From a virus (Duplodnaviria > Caudoviricetes): a DNA stretch of 59,449 nt. The stretch spans positions 1-59,449 of the IMG/VR virus record IMGVR_UViG_3300034050_001176. The stretch is one strand, 5' to 3'. The position numbers and the translations under genes are program-made. How positions within the stretch are numbered: the stretch's first letter is position 1; every line of letters begins with the position of its first letter. Under the pieces are notes generated by a model. It searched no databases and was not told where the DNA came from. It was given only the letters and a program-made list of their open reading frames with translations. Shown here one piece after another: positions 17,905 to 28,206 of the stretch.

Positions 17905-19068
17905 ATGCCCCAACTTACCAAAGCAGTAATTGATAGAAGCCCCAATAAGCCAAAAGATTATATTATATGGGATGATGTAATCGCGGGATTTGGTTGTAGG
18001 ATTTACCCATCTAAAAAAACCTTTGTATACTCTTATCGATCTCCCATAAACAAAAAATCTTCTTGTATTAAGATTGGCGTGTATGGAAGCATTACTGTGG
18101 ATGAAGCCCGAATACAGGCTAAAAAGTTTGCACATAGTGTGCAAATAGAAAAAATTGACCCCAAGGAATTAAAAAAAGCCAAAGAAGTTGAGGTACAGCA
18201 GTCTGTTACTTTTGGAGAGTTCTGGCTGGTGTTTACAGAAAAATATATCAAGCAGCACCATAAACCTTCTACAATTAACAGAGATTCTTCAAGAATTAAA
18301 AACTATATACTGCCTTTTTTTGGCAAAAAATCTATAACTGAAATTGAACGAAAAGACATATTAGAGTTCACAAATTCCTTATCCAATGGCACTAGTGCAA
18401 AATGCCTTATATTGTTAGGATGCGCTTTCAATCAAGCCGAATTATGGGAGTATAGACCTCGAAATAGTAATCCTTGCCGAGGAGTACCTAAACATCCAGG
18501 GAAGATGATGAACCGTTTTTTAAGTGACAAGGAATTAGAGCGGCTAGACCAAGTTTTAGCTGAGCGAAATGGAACTGATGCTGATTCAAACTACACTATC
18601 GCTGCTTTTCGTCTTCTTATTTACACAGGTTGTCGTTTAGGTGAGGTTCTAAGCCTAAAGTGGGAGGATGTAAACCTTAAGGAAAATTTCATACACCTTA
18701 AGGACAGTAAAGTAGGAGAACGAGGTATCCCGTTAAATGAGAGTGCTAAAAATGTAATTTTAGGACTTCAAAAGAAACCAGACAATCCATATGTGTTTTG
18801 TGGCAGTAAAGCTGGTTATCATTTAATTAAAGTACACAATACATGGAACAGGATCCGTAAAAAAGCTGGTATTCCAGATGTAAGGATTCATGATTTGCGT
18901 CATTCTTTTGCTAGTTTTGCTTTAAAGAAGGGGGTAAGTCTTTACGGAGTATCTAAACTTTTAGGACACAAAAATATTGCAACAACCACACGTTATGCGC
19001 ATTTAGAGCTAGAGGAATTAAAGAAGCTAACCAACATTGTAGATCAAGCCTTTAGCAAATGCGGTTAG
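17905..19068 (+). CDS. int: Tyrosine integrase, paralogue of the left integrase
   Basis: Same catalytic motifs and identical C-terminal ~65 aa; diverged N-terminal arm domain. Confidence 0.95.
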   Translation: MPQLTKAVIDRSPNKPKDYIIWDDVIAGFGCRIYPSKKTFVYSYRSPINKKSSCIKIGVYGSITVDEARIQAKKFAHSVQIEKIDPKELKKAKEVEVQQSVTFGEFWLVFTEKYIKQHHKPSTINRDSSRIKNYILPFFGKKSITEIERKDILEFTNSLSNGTSAKCLILLGCAFNQAELWEYRPRNSNPCRGVPKHPGKMMNRFLSDKELERLDQVLAERNGTDADSNYTIAAFRLLIYTGCRLGEVLSLKWEDVNLKENFIHLKDSKVGERGIPLNESAKNVILGLQKKPDNPYVFCGSKAGYHLIKVHNTWNRIRKKAGIPDVRIHDLRHSFASFALKKGVSLYGVSKLLGHKNIATTTRYAHLELEELKKLTNIVDQAFSKCG

Positions 19069-20897
19069 TCTGAGGCTTCTGATTTTTCTTTAAGCCCCGT
19101 CATCAAAGCCTGAGAGGTCATACCTGTGATTTCTTTGACGAGAGCATTGAGTTTTTGGGCAAGTGGCTCAGTTGGTTCTTTGGCAAACTTGGTGGCTAGA
19201 TTCAAGAATCGTTTGTTGGTCAACAACTGGGTGAGCGCAGCTCCACCACCAATGACCTTAAGCGGGGTCGTAAAATCACCAACGACGATTGAGGTCACCA
19301 GGGCTGCTACCGAACCAACGATGGCTGAACCAGAGGGGTTGGGGGTATTTTTATTGGCAACCGCCATACTTTCTGCAACGGTGGTAAAATCTTTGAGCTT
19401 TTTGAAGTTTTGGTTCCCGAGGGTCGTCTCGAGTTGCTTGGCATATTTTCTGTCGTTTAAAAGCTTAGCCAGAGGAAGATAGGCAACATCTTTGGTAATC
19501 GGGTCTTCAATCTTGCCAGCTAGAAGATTGTCGAGCTTTTCACGTTTAGCAACCCTTTCAAACTGACGTTCCGCTGAATCAAAAGTCTTTTGCCAGGCGG
19601 GATTGGTCTTGCCGTAAGCAGCAATATCTTTAAGGGTGGCTTGTTGCACAGTTCTTAGCAGGCTTTTCGTCCCTTCGTCCTTATCCCATTTGATAATATT
19701 ATTCAGGCTACGTTTTGTACCAACTAGCATTTCTACTGGCATTGGCACTGCTAGCTTGCTATCAAACATCAGGTTATTCCCAAGCGTATCAAGGGTTGCA
19801 AGTAACTCTTTTTCTGGAGGGGAAAGGATTGCCGTTTTGACCTTGGCTTTAACAGCGTTGATCGCGTCAACCGTGTGGGTAGGGATTATTGCAGCATCTT
19901 TAGGAAGAGTATCTCTAACCTTTCCATAGAGACGATTGATCTCTTGTTCTGTGGCTTCATTCTTGATGGGGCCAACTGAATCAGCGAGCTCTTTAAACGC
20001 GGTTTGAAACTGTTTCGATGCCGCTTTAACCTTGTCTCTCACCACATCTCCCATCACTGGCGTGGCCGCTACCATTTGATTGGCTAAGCCCATCAGCTTG
20101 GCATCAGTAGCACCTGAAGCCGGTAAATCTACACCAATGCGTTTAGCTGCCTCAAGGGTATCGGTTTTAAGATTTTTAGGGTCTAAGCCTAAGGTTTTCA
20201 TGGCGGCTTTAGCTGGAAGATTTAAGGTTTTCTTATTAAGCAGCACATTTGCAAGCATACCTGCGCCAATCCCCTCACCAAAGGCCACTGGCAGATTTTG
20301 TCCTCTTTCCATAGCTTCACTAGTAACACCACTAGAAATCCCGCCTGCGACTAAATCTCGAGCTTTTGTGGTTCCCAACTTTTCTAGGATTCCACCAATT
20401 TTGTTAGCTCCGAACTTTATTGCACCCTTGGCAGCACCACCTGCGCTTGCTAATGACCCAACCGCCTTAAGGCCTTCATGAATGCTTTTCTCATCTTCAG
20501 GGGTTTTTGTGTAATCTCCGGTTAATCGGTCAACTCCTTTATCAACCGCATCGACCGCAGAAGGCACTATGGGAATATCTGGACTGCCAGGCTCGCCTAG
20601 GTAAAACCCTTCAGTTTCCAACATTGCACGAGAAGATGGGTCAAGGTCTTTGGCAAACTTACTTTCTTTTAACGCATTGAACATGGTGGCAGCCAGGTTG
20701 TAGGGCATGGTCACCGTATCGGCTAAGCCACCAACGAGACCTGAGCCAAGGGATTTAATGGTACGCGCAGCAGCTTTTACCCCGCGAGTGGCTAGGGAAT
20801 CTTCTCTATGCGGTTGTTGATCAGGCACAAAACCGTATTTATTATCTGGCTTCACATCTGGAACAAAACCATATTTATTGGAGGGTGTAGCCATCAT
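19065..20897 (-). CDS. Internal virion/ejection protein 3
   Basis: Paralogue of 14412-16355. Confidence 0.6.
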   Translation of the reverse strand: MMATPSNKYGFVPDVKPDNKYGFVPDQQPHREDSLATRGVKAAARTIKSLGSGLVGGLADTVTMPYNLAATMFNALKESKFAKDLDPSSRAMLETEGFYLGEPGSPDIPIVPSAVDAVDKGVDRLTGDYTKTPEDEKSIHEGLKAVGSLASAGGAAKGAIKFGANKIGGILEKLGTTKARDLVAGGISSGVTSEAMERGQNLPVAFGEGIGAGMLANVLLNKKTLNLPAKAAMKTLGLDPKNLKTDTLEAAKRIGVDLPASGATDAKLMGLANQMVAATPVMGDVVRDKVKAASKQFQTAFKELADSVGPIKNEATEQEINRLYGKVRDTLPKDAAIIPTHTVDAINAVKAKVKTAILSPPEKELLATLDTLGNNLMFDSKLAVPMPVEMLVGTKRSLNNIIKWDKDEGTKSLLRTVQQATLKDIAAYGKTNPAWQKTFDSAERQFERVAKREKLDNLLAGKIEDPITKDVAYLPLAKLLNDRKYAKQLETTLGNQNFKKLKDFTTVAESMAVANKNTPNPSGSAIVGSVAALVTSIVVGDFTTPLKVIGGGAALTQLLTNKRFLNLATKFAKEPTEPLAQKLNALVKEITGMTSQALMTGLKEKSEASD

Positions 20898-22251
20898 TCA
20901 GTGCCTCCTTTAACTTAGACATCGGAATTTTACCAATCACCCCATCTGGGCTGACAACAGGAACGGTTTGCTCAGCTTCAGCTGGCTGCTGTTCTGGCAT
21001 CTGGGTTTGCTCTTGGGGTAGCGGTTGTGTCGCCTCTGGTGAGCTTTGAGTGCGCGTCCCATAACTTGGCACTTTATTAAATTCCCGCTCATTGCGCTTC
21101 ATTTGCCGATCAAGAATCATTTCAAAACGGTTGAGCATCCGTTCTAGGGCGGCTTTGGTTTTATGGCTGTCGGGGGTTTGTGCGGTTAAAAACTCAAACT
21201 CCTTCTGGTTCATATTGCCAAACGCTAAGTTGCCTTTGACAAACGAAAGCAAGCCCTTGCTGATTGAATCATAGAGCTCGGTATCTGAATAGGCTTTGTT
21301 GCCTAATTGTTTACCTATTATCCTTTCAAACCCTGCTGACAAGGTATCGCCGGTAATCATCTCGCTGGTTTTAAGAATCTCTTTTAAATCCTGAATCTTG
21401 TAGCTCACATCTTCGAGCGCTAAGTTTTGCTCAGATAGAGTGGCTTGCTTTTTAGCTAAGGCTTTCGCTTGCTCTTTACCCAACGTCACATCATGTTGCG
21501 CATTAGGGTCTTGACTAAACTGGGTACGGGTTTGAATGGCATCGGCATTTTGCTGGTTAATCCCAAGCTGTTGCTCAGCCCTGCGATCTTGTTCTGCTTG
21601 AATTTGCATGGCGCGTTTGGTCAGGTATTCAACATTTTGCTCTTCCCTGATTTTAGGAAACATCTCAAACAAATCAAACTTTTGATCAGGCTTACCAGCT
21701 TCAGTTAATAACACCTTACCATTTTGCTGATCAATCATGGAGATCTTGTAATTAGCACCACTGGATTGGTTAATTCTTTCCACAATCCCTGAGCCAACCT
21801 TGACGACATCATCATAAGGTAAGGCACTCATGTTTTTGGTCAGAGCCTCTAACTCTGGGGTGAGCTGTTCTTGTAAGGCCGCTTTCTTGGCATAGACCTC
21901 ATTGCGTCTTCCTGCCTCATTCGCAATTCCCTCTAAACTTGAGAAGGTGTCCATCATTTTACGAGCCATATCCCTGCGTTCTGCGTTACCCTTTGATTTA
22001 CTGCCCACTGCCAGACCATCCAAGAGTCCAGCGATACCTGCACGCCAACCCCTTTGAGGCCCATTGCCTAATTGTTGCCGCATCTTGTTAAAGACATCAG
22101 AACTATCATCATAAGCATTGGGAACACCTGCTCCCGTTTCATAGCGCATTTTCGCTAAGGATCCTTGGGTTTGCAGATTAGCATTAAGCTCACCTGGTTT
22201 GGGTTGCTTTTTTGCACTCAGCTTTAATAAATCCATTGGTACATTGGTCAT
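20875..22251 (-). CDS. Internal virion/ejection protein 2
   Basis: Paralogue of 13019-14422. Confidence 0.6.
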   Translation of the reverse strand: MTNVPMDLLKLSAKKQPKPGELNANLQTQGSLAKMRYETGAGVPNAYDDSSDVFNKMRQQLGNGPQRGWRAGIAGLLDGLAVGSKSKGNAERRDMARKMMDTFSSLEGIANEAGRRNEVYAKKAALQEQLTPELEALTKNMSALPYDDVVKVGSGIVERINQSSGANYKISMIDQQNGKVLLTEAGKPDQKFDLFEMFPKIREEQNVEYLTKRAMQIQAEQDRRAEQQLGINQQNADAIQTRTQFSQDPNAQHDVTLGKEQAKALAKKQATLSEQNLALEDVSYKIQDLKEILKTSEMITGDTLSAGFERIIGKQLGNKAYSDTELYDSISKGLLSFVKGNLAFGNMNQKEFEFLTAQTPDSHKTKAALERMLNRFEMILDRQMKRNEREFNKVPSYGTRTQSSPEATQPLPQEQTQMPEQQPAEAEQTVPVVSPDGVIGKIPMSKLKEALNDGYTLQ

Positions 22252-22266
22252 AACTTTTATTGTTCC

Positions 22267-23298
22267 TTACCTTAAAAGATTGCCAGCGGTCTTACCGGCT
22301 TGACCACCCATCATTGCCCCCATTGGTCCACCCAAATAGGCACCAACTCCCATGCCACCGAGTGTCAGTATCGTATCCCCAAACCCGGGGCGCTGACTGT
22401 TATAACTGGACAGTTGGTTTTGATACTGACTGTTGATCTGACCAATTTGGGCATTATGACGGTTCAGACTATCCATATTGCTTTGCTGGAAGATTGTATT
22501 CGCCAATTCTGGGGCTCGGGTTGCCATCGCTTTGTTGGCATCATCCCCTTGAATCTTAGCCCCGGTACTAAACAAACCATATTGGTTTTGCAAAGCTTGC
22601 TGGCGCATGGCATTAGACTGGTCGTATTGCCCTAACTTTAACTGATGTTCCGCTTGGGCATTTTGTAACTGCCCCATGCGCCCCTGTTCTCTAAAGCCAT
22701 AGGTATTCATGCGGTTGGCAAGATCTGCGGCTTTGAGCTGCTCGCCATAAAGATTACCGTTGACATCCTGTTGTTGCAGGGCTTTCGCTTTTTCACTCAC
22801 CAGGGAGTTGCGCATGGCAATCGCTGCACTACTGTCGGCATAACCCCGATTAGCCAGGTAAGCGTTGTTTTCATTTTCCGCTTTTTTAAATTCATCTTGA
22901 ATGATGGTATTACCCATTGCCTTAAAGTCGTCTACGTATTGGTTAAAGTCAGGAAGCTTGGAGAGCTCTGCTATATCTGCCTGCCGCTCAGCATTCAAAG
23001 AATTCATGACATCAACAAACGGAGCAAAATCGACAACTGCGGCGGGATCATGGTCACTAAGCTTTTTAATTTCAACAATCGCCTTATTCATCAATTCACC
23101 GGCATCATCATAAAGCTTTTGCTCTGCTTCCGAGCGTGGTAAACGGCTCACCACACGTTTTTTCTTACCATCGGCTCCCACCACGGTAATCGCTTGGGTG
23201 CCGGTTACTTCATCAATCACATCCAGTAGCTCTTCCTTTGGTGGCACTGGTGGATAGTACGGGGCTGAAGGGGGAGAATCATTACCACCAAAACTCAT
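22267..23298 (-). CDS. Internal virion/ejection protein 1
   Basis: Paralogue of 11956-12987. Confidence 0.65.
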   Translation of the reverse strand: MSFGGNDSPPSAPYYPPVPPKEELLDVIDEVTGTQAITVVGADGKKKRVVSRLPRSEAEQKLYDDAGELMNKAIVEIKKLSDHDPAAVVDFAPFVDVMNSLNAERQADIAELSKLPDFNQYVDDFKAMGNTIIQDEFKKAENENNAYLANRGYADSSAAIAMRNSLVSEKAKALQQQDVNGNLYGEQLKAADLANRMNTYGFREQGRMGQLQNAQAEHQLKLGQYDQSNAMRQQALQNQYGLFSTGAKIQGDDANKAMATRAPELANTIFQQSNMDSLNRHNAQIGQINSQYQNQLSSYNSQRPGFGDTILTLGGMGVGAYLGGPMGAMMGGQAGKTAGNLLR

Positions 23299-23314
23299 AA
23301 CTTTTTACCCATAT

Positions 23315-23707
23315 TCATGGCCTTTCTTTCTTAAACCAAACTTTTTTAGAATTGTCTTTGTCATAGCCGATAAACTCCACTCCAAGTGACTGACACTGCC
23401 GCAACAAAGTAATGATTGATTTTTCTTGAGTTGATATCAGTATTTTATCAAACTTATGAGTAAGTGGAAAGTTTAATAACAGTTCTAATCCAGTTCTATA
23501 TGGAAGCTTAAAGCGATAATCTTCAAATATACATAAAGAAATTTCACAGGTTTTGGGATCAATGGTTTTGATTCCATAAATCCCCACTTCACAGGTTTCA
23601 TGATTAATCGCAAAGAACCGTGAGTTAGAGTGATAAAAGCTTGGGAACACCCTTTGGACATCCAGTGGATTAATTTCAACAAGCTGCATAGTTTTATCCA
23701 TCCTCAA
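23315..23707 (-). CDS. GNAT-fold-like virion assembly protein
   Basis: Paralogue of 11549-11959; start codon uncertain. Confidence 0.5.
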   Translation of the reverse strand: MRMDKTMQLVEINPLDVQRVFPSFYHSNSRFFAINHETCEVGIYGIKTIDPKTCEISLCIFEDYRFKLPYRTGLELLLNFPLTHKFDKILISTQEKSIITLLRQCQSLGVEFIGYDKDNSKKVWFKKERP

Positions 23708-24939
23708 ATATCGATCTCAATCGCATGCATAGTGCTGACGGTAGCATAGCCACCAGCATATCCTGAATTGATTCCTGTATAAGGCTGGGCTTTTTTAATT
23801 TCATAAGCAATTTCTGTGCCTAACACACCCGTATCCACAAACAAGTTTGAGAAGTTGTAGCAGCCGTAAGTGCCATCTGAATGCTGTTTCCCCCAGGAAC
23901 TGTAGATACTGTGGGTTACCCCCTTATAGGACGGATCATCTTGGCCGACCTTAAACGGCAAGTTGTTTTTACATAAAGTGATGCTGGTGTATTGGTTATT
24001 ATAACTGCCAATATTGATCGAATAAAACAAGATAATCTTAGAATTCGTTTTTCTTGGGGTGATTCTTAACAAAAATGGTGCAGTTTTAAATGAGATGAGA
24101 TTAATTGGCGAAGCTGCTGCATCATACTCATTTCTAAAAAAACTCGCATCTTCATAAGAAACGATCTGCAGCACCTTGCCGATATTCGCCAAGAAAGAGG
24201 CTGCACCTGCACCATTAGAGGTTAAGACATCTCCTAGATTGCTACCCGCTGAACTAATTTGCGGGGCGGTCACCGCTAACAGCCCAATTTTAGGATTAGT
24301 TACCGCAGCGTCAGCCAGTTGTTGGGTGGTCACCGCAACATCTGCAATCTTTGCAGTGGTGACATTAGCGTCAATGATTTGTGGGGTGCCTACAGCAGCA
24401 TTAGCGATTTGGCCTTGGGTTACTGCTTGATTGGCAAGCTTTGGGGTGGTGATGGCAAGGTCGGTAATTTTGCTGGTAATAATCGCATTATCAGCTATTT
24501 TTAACGTGGTGACATTGGCATCAATAATCTGATGGGTCGCTATCGCATTTTGGGCAATTTTTTGAGTAGTCACTGCTGCATCACCAATTTTAGGGGTAGT
24601 GACTGCCTGGGCGGCGAGCTTTTGTTCAACCACCGCATTGACCTCAATCTCGGCATTGGTCACATATGTCCAAGAAAGATTATTAGCACCATCGGTTTTT
24701 AAAACTTTGTTAGCATTCAATGGGTCATTAGCCCCTGGGATACTTCCTGCCTGGACATCATTAATCGCTGCCGCCAACATATTGACATCATCGGTCAGCG
24801 CATTGAACTCAGCATCCAACATTTCGGCGGTGGGTGGCCTTTGCGTCGTCGTTAAGATCCCAAAGCGTGTGTTGTTGGGCAGCGATTGGCTTGGCGCATA
24901 CGGCAAGGATGGACGACTATTGTTGATCGGTACTGGCAT
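23704..24939 (-). CDS. Short tail fibre/needle
   Basis: Paralogue of 10257-11492; start set at MPVPINN. Confidence 0.75.
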   Translation of the reverse strand: MPVPINNSRPSLPYAPSQSLPNNTRFGILTTTQRPPTAEMLDAEFNALTDDVNMLAAAINDVQAGSIPGANDPLNANKVLKTDGANNLSWTYVTNAEIEVNAVVEQKLAAQAVTTPKIGDAAVTTQKIAQNAIATHQIIDANVTTLKIADNAIITSKITDLAITTPKLANQAVTQGQIANAAVGTPQIIDANVTTAKIADVAVTTQQLADAAVTNPKIGLLAVTAPQISSAGSNLGDVLTSNGAGAASFLANIGKVLQIVSYEDASFFRNEYDAAASPINLISFKTAPFLLRITPRKTNSKIILFYSINIGSYNNQYTSITLCKNNLPFKVGQDDPSYKGVTHSIYSSWGKQHSDGTYGCYNFSNLFVDTGVLGTEIAYEIKKAQPYTGINSGYAGGYATVSTMHAIEIDI

Positions 24940-24949
24940 AAGTTTTCTC

Positions 24950-27103
24950 CTATGTATTACGTTCAGCGATGCCAAACAATCGCATCTTTTTAAAACTCAA
25001 CTTACCATTCTTGGTGGAACCAAGCACACTTACCCCAAAGGTTGAGCTTAAAAACTTTAAACGATCCTTGGGGTACGCATAGGGTTCATCTAATCTAAAC
25101 CCAAACATTTGTGGATCGGGTTCATTCGGGTCTGGCACGCCACGAGCCACCAAAGGAATGGTTTGTAAGATATCCCCTTTAAACGGCAGCGGATAATTAT
25201 TGGACAGGGAAAAAGTTTTATGGGTATCACCATGAATGAGGATCGATAAGCTATTCTCAATCCCAAGCACAAAACTTGAGGGATAAGCCACCTGCAGTTC
25301 ATAACGTTTGTTAGCCCAGCGTTTCCCTGGTAAGTGCACAAGGGGTGGTGTCCACATAAAGTTGATCAAATCCCGGCCATCATTATCCCCATACTCAGGG
25401 GTATCTTTCGTGCCATCAGCGTATTGGCTAATTTGGTTATCGATTAAAAGATACAAAGCATTGTCCAAGGTTGCTAAAAAGCTTTGCGCTTTCTCAAAAT
25501 CCCCAGAAAATAACGACCAAGCATACAGGTTCGTGGAGTACATGGAGACCAACAGCTTATTCAGGCCAATCTTAAACCCACAAAATGCCCCTGATTTATA
25601 CTTGAAGGAGCGACAGGCGCGGTAGGCCTGATTGGAAGTGGTGGTCGAGGTAACGTATTGTCGAACTAAGGGATCAACCGCATCACTTGGGGATGCTGCA
25701 AACTGCTTAGCCACGTTGAGAGTGCTAAAGGATAGTAGGCCATTTTGACTAACAAAATAAACATCATTAGCCATCTCGACCACGAGATTGCCGTGCACAA
25801 TGCCAATTGGCAGAATCGAGGAGAATTCAAACTTGGGGCGGGTCGGATCAACTGCTGCCCCTAAGGGTTCAGATCCTGTCCACACTTGGGTTTTACCTCT
25901 GCCCATAAAGATGGTCAACCCACTGACATAGGCGATGGCTTCGAGATTATCTGGAGCACCATGGGTTTGCGCCAAATCGATAAAGGGGACGATTTTAAGT
26001 TTTTCATCAAACCAGTTGGTCAGCGTATTCGGCTGATAGGTAAAATAGACCCGCAAAGCTTGGACAGGATCACGGTAACTCAATCCCACTGCACCCACAC
26101 CTAACGCCCAGAGGCGATTGTGGGCGACCAGCATAAAGCTAAAGGCAGGTGGCCAGTCCCGGTAAAATAGTTCAGGTGGATTCCCAAATGCCGGTAAAAT
26201 ATCTGCGGTTGTAATTGTGATCAGGTTTTGGGCTTGGAGAATATTGACAACCGTCGTGGTCGTCGTCACTCCATTAATTTTAAGCTGGATTTGATTATTG
26301 TTTTGATATTTAGTGATGTCAAAGACGTCAGCTTTTTGAGGTGAAAGACTAAAAGAAAAATGCGTATTATCGATGCGATTAAAATTAATTGCCGTATCTT
26401 CTTTAACAAAATCAACAACTTCGCTTAAAGTCACACCATCCCAACGCAAGACCTTATCAACCCCATTACAGATTAACAGGGTATTTAAAAAAGTCACCGA
26501 CCGGGGCACACAACCGACACTTAACCCGGTTTTAAGCACAACGCCAAGGGTTGAGGACAGCAAGTCATAAACGTAGATACTGCCTTGAGAAAAGGCCACG
26601 GAATTAATCGTCACTCCCTCGATCGGTAGGGGAAAGGAATTGTCTTGTACCGTGATCGTAACCGTTTGACCGACGACAGTTTTACTGACGATTGTTGCAT
26701 AAAGGGTGGTCACCCCAAGACTGGTGTAGGGAATTTTAATCGGTGTATCAACCCCAAATTTATCGGCAACTGCCGTATCAAAGCTAAATTGATTAGGGGC
26801 CAGCACTTGAAAATTCTGAGCTGTACCATCTTGGACAAAGGTTTGCACATAAAGTACCATCTGGCTGTCGCCATTAGCTTTGGCATAAGGGAAGGCTTCG
26901 ATGATCACGGCATCCGGATCAAGGTTCACACCGCCCAAGCGTTTGGTGCCATAGCGCACGACACTTGAGCCGACAGGTGTAGGCAGGATGTTTTCAAAGA
27001 CAACCGCAAAGTCTTGCGGCAACACTTCTGGAGCGATATTGCAGTTCATCCCTTGGGTGGGCGGATTAAACTCTAAAACGTTATAATTACCCTCTTGAAA
27101 CAT
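24950..27103 (-). CDS. Tail nozzle/stabilisation protein
   Basis: Paralogue of 8086-10245. Confidence 0.75.
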   Translation of the reverse strand: MFQEGNYNVLEFNPPTQGMNCNIAPEVLPQDFAVVFENILPTPVGSSVVRYGTKRLGGVNLDPDAVIIEAFPYAKANGDSQMVLYVQTFVQDGTAQNFQVLAPNQFSFDTAVADKFGVDTPIKIPYTSLGVTTLYATIVSKTVVGQTVTITVQDNSFPLPIEGVTINSVAFSQGSIYVYDLLSSTLGVVLKTGLSVGCVPRSVTFLNTLLICNGVDKVLRWDGVTLSEVVDFVKEDTAINFNRIDNTHFSFSLSPQKADVFDITKYQNNNQIQLKINGVTTTTTVVNILQAQNLITITTADILPAFGNPPELFYRDWPPAFSFMLVAHNRLWALGVGAVGLSYRDPVQALRVYFTYQPNTLTNWFDEKLKIVPFIDLAQTHGAPDNLEAIAYVSGLTIFMGRGKTQVWTGSEPLGAAVDPTRPKFEFSSILPIGIVHGNLVVEMANDVYFVSQNGLLSFSTLNVAKQFAASPSDAVDPLVRQYVTSTTTSNQAYRACRSFKYKSGAFCGFKIGLNKLLVSMYSTNLYAWSLFSGDFEKAQSFLATLDNALYLLIDNQISQYADGTKDTPEYGDNDGRDLINFMWTPPLVHLPGKRWANKRYELQVAYPSSFVLGIENSLSILIHGDTHKTFSLSNNYPLPFKGDILQTIPLVARGVPDPNEPDPQMFGFRLDEPYAYPKDRLKFLSSTFGVSVLGSTKNGKLSFKKMRLFGIAERNT

Positions 27104-27119
27104 ACTTCACCCCCTCCCG

Positions 27120-27758
27120 CTAGACACTACTGAACGTAGAAAACAGCTGACCACTGGAATTATAGAGATAAGCGAGTAGTCGAGTCTGACCGATTTCCCA
27201 ACGTGCTTGGGCAGCTTGGGCTTTTTGCAAGTTCTTAAAACCACCTTCTTCTTGAAATAAATAATACAAAGCACCATCGACCAATACCGGATGGTAGGCT
27301 AGAGGGTATGGGATATCCTGTTCTGGGGTATTCTCGGCTAAAATGATGGGTTGCGGGACATACCAGATCTTGATTGAGGTTATCGTTGTCTGCGTTGGAA
27401 CAAACTCCAAGACATCACGTTTAACAAAGTACTGGGTGGGATTACCATTAGCTGTAAAAGCTGGGTCTTTAGTAATTGCATCGCTTAAGGAAATTCGACG
27501 GAGTTGACGCTGATGGGTAAGGTCATAAACGCTGTTAACCAAATAGGGAGTTTCGGGGAGTTGTACCTGGTTTGAATCGACCTGATTGGCAAGCGTTACT
27601 TGAACCAGCAAATCCTGGTTAAAGTTGGCGGTGATCTGATACAACTCCAAATTAGCCAGGTTGAGATACTGCAAAAAAATAGCCCTCTCAACCTGGGTAA
27701 TATTATCATTACCCAAAGAGAGATTGCCCATTAAGCTCAGTAACGTTGATACTTCCAT
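27120..27758 (-). CDS. Head-tail adaptor
   Basis: Paralogue of 7432-8070. Confidence 0.7.
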   Translation of the reverse strand: MEVSTLLSLMGNLSLGNDNITQVERAIFLQYLNLANLELYQITANFNQDLLVQVTLANQVDSNQVQLPETPYLVNSVYDLTHQRQLRRISLSDAITKDPAFTANGNPTQYFVKRDVLEFVPTQTTITSIKIWYVPQPIILAENTPEQDIPYPLAYHPVLVDGALYYLFQEEGGFKNLQKAQAAQARWEIGQTRLLAYLYNSSGQLFSTFSSV

Positions 27759-27783
27759 CTAAAAACCCGCATCCTAATTACTA

Positions 27784-27809
27784 CCCCGCCTTTCAGCGGG
27801 GCTTTAATT
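27784..27809. terminator. GC-rich hairpin after the head genes
   Basis: CCCCGC-CTTTCA-GCGGGG; no good U-tract in the sense (-) direction, so it may be an attenuator or mRNA stabiliser. Confidence 0.4.
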
Positions 27810-28180
27810 TAGTAATTACCAATCACCAGCAGCATGGCCATGACACTTAGGGCTGGAATTGGTACGCCAGCTGCTGGGACACTCACGTTGAGTATTTTTT
27901 GAGATGCATCAATAGTTATCAACGTATGGGTGTTTTGTGCGACAATGCCTAAGGGCAGTAATTCCCCAGTCGCTGCAACCTTTGGGGTAAAGGTTAAGAT
28001 CGATTTGATTTTACCCGCACCTTTCCAGGTTAAGATATTGGCGTTGGCACCGGCAGCAATCCCTGCGGTGGTGATAATATCAAAGGCAACCAGCTGATAG
28101 TCACCCCCAGTTGATGCCACGTTTGTATTAACGTTGGCAGCGGTGGATGTATTTTGCACGTAGCGAACAACACTTGTCAT
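27809..28180 (-). CDS. Putative capsid decoration/head protein
   Basis: Paralogue of 7000-7371. Confidence 0.5.
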   Translation of the reverse strand: MTSVVRYVQNTSTAANVNTNVASTGGDYQLVAFDIITTAGIAAGANANILTWKGAGKIKSILTFTPKVAATGELLPLGIVAQNTHTLITIDASQKILNVSVPAAGVPIPALSVMAMLLVIGNY

Positions 28181-28206
28181 GATTAATCTCCTTTATCTAA
28201 ATTTCA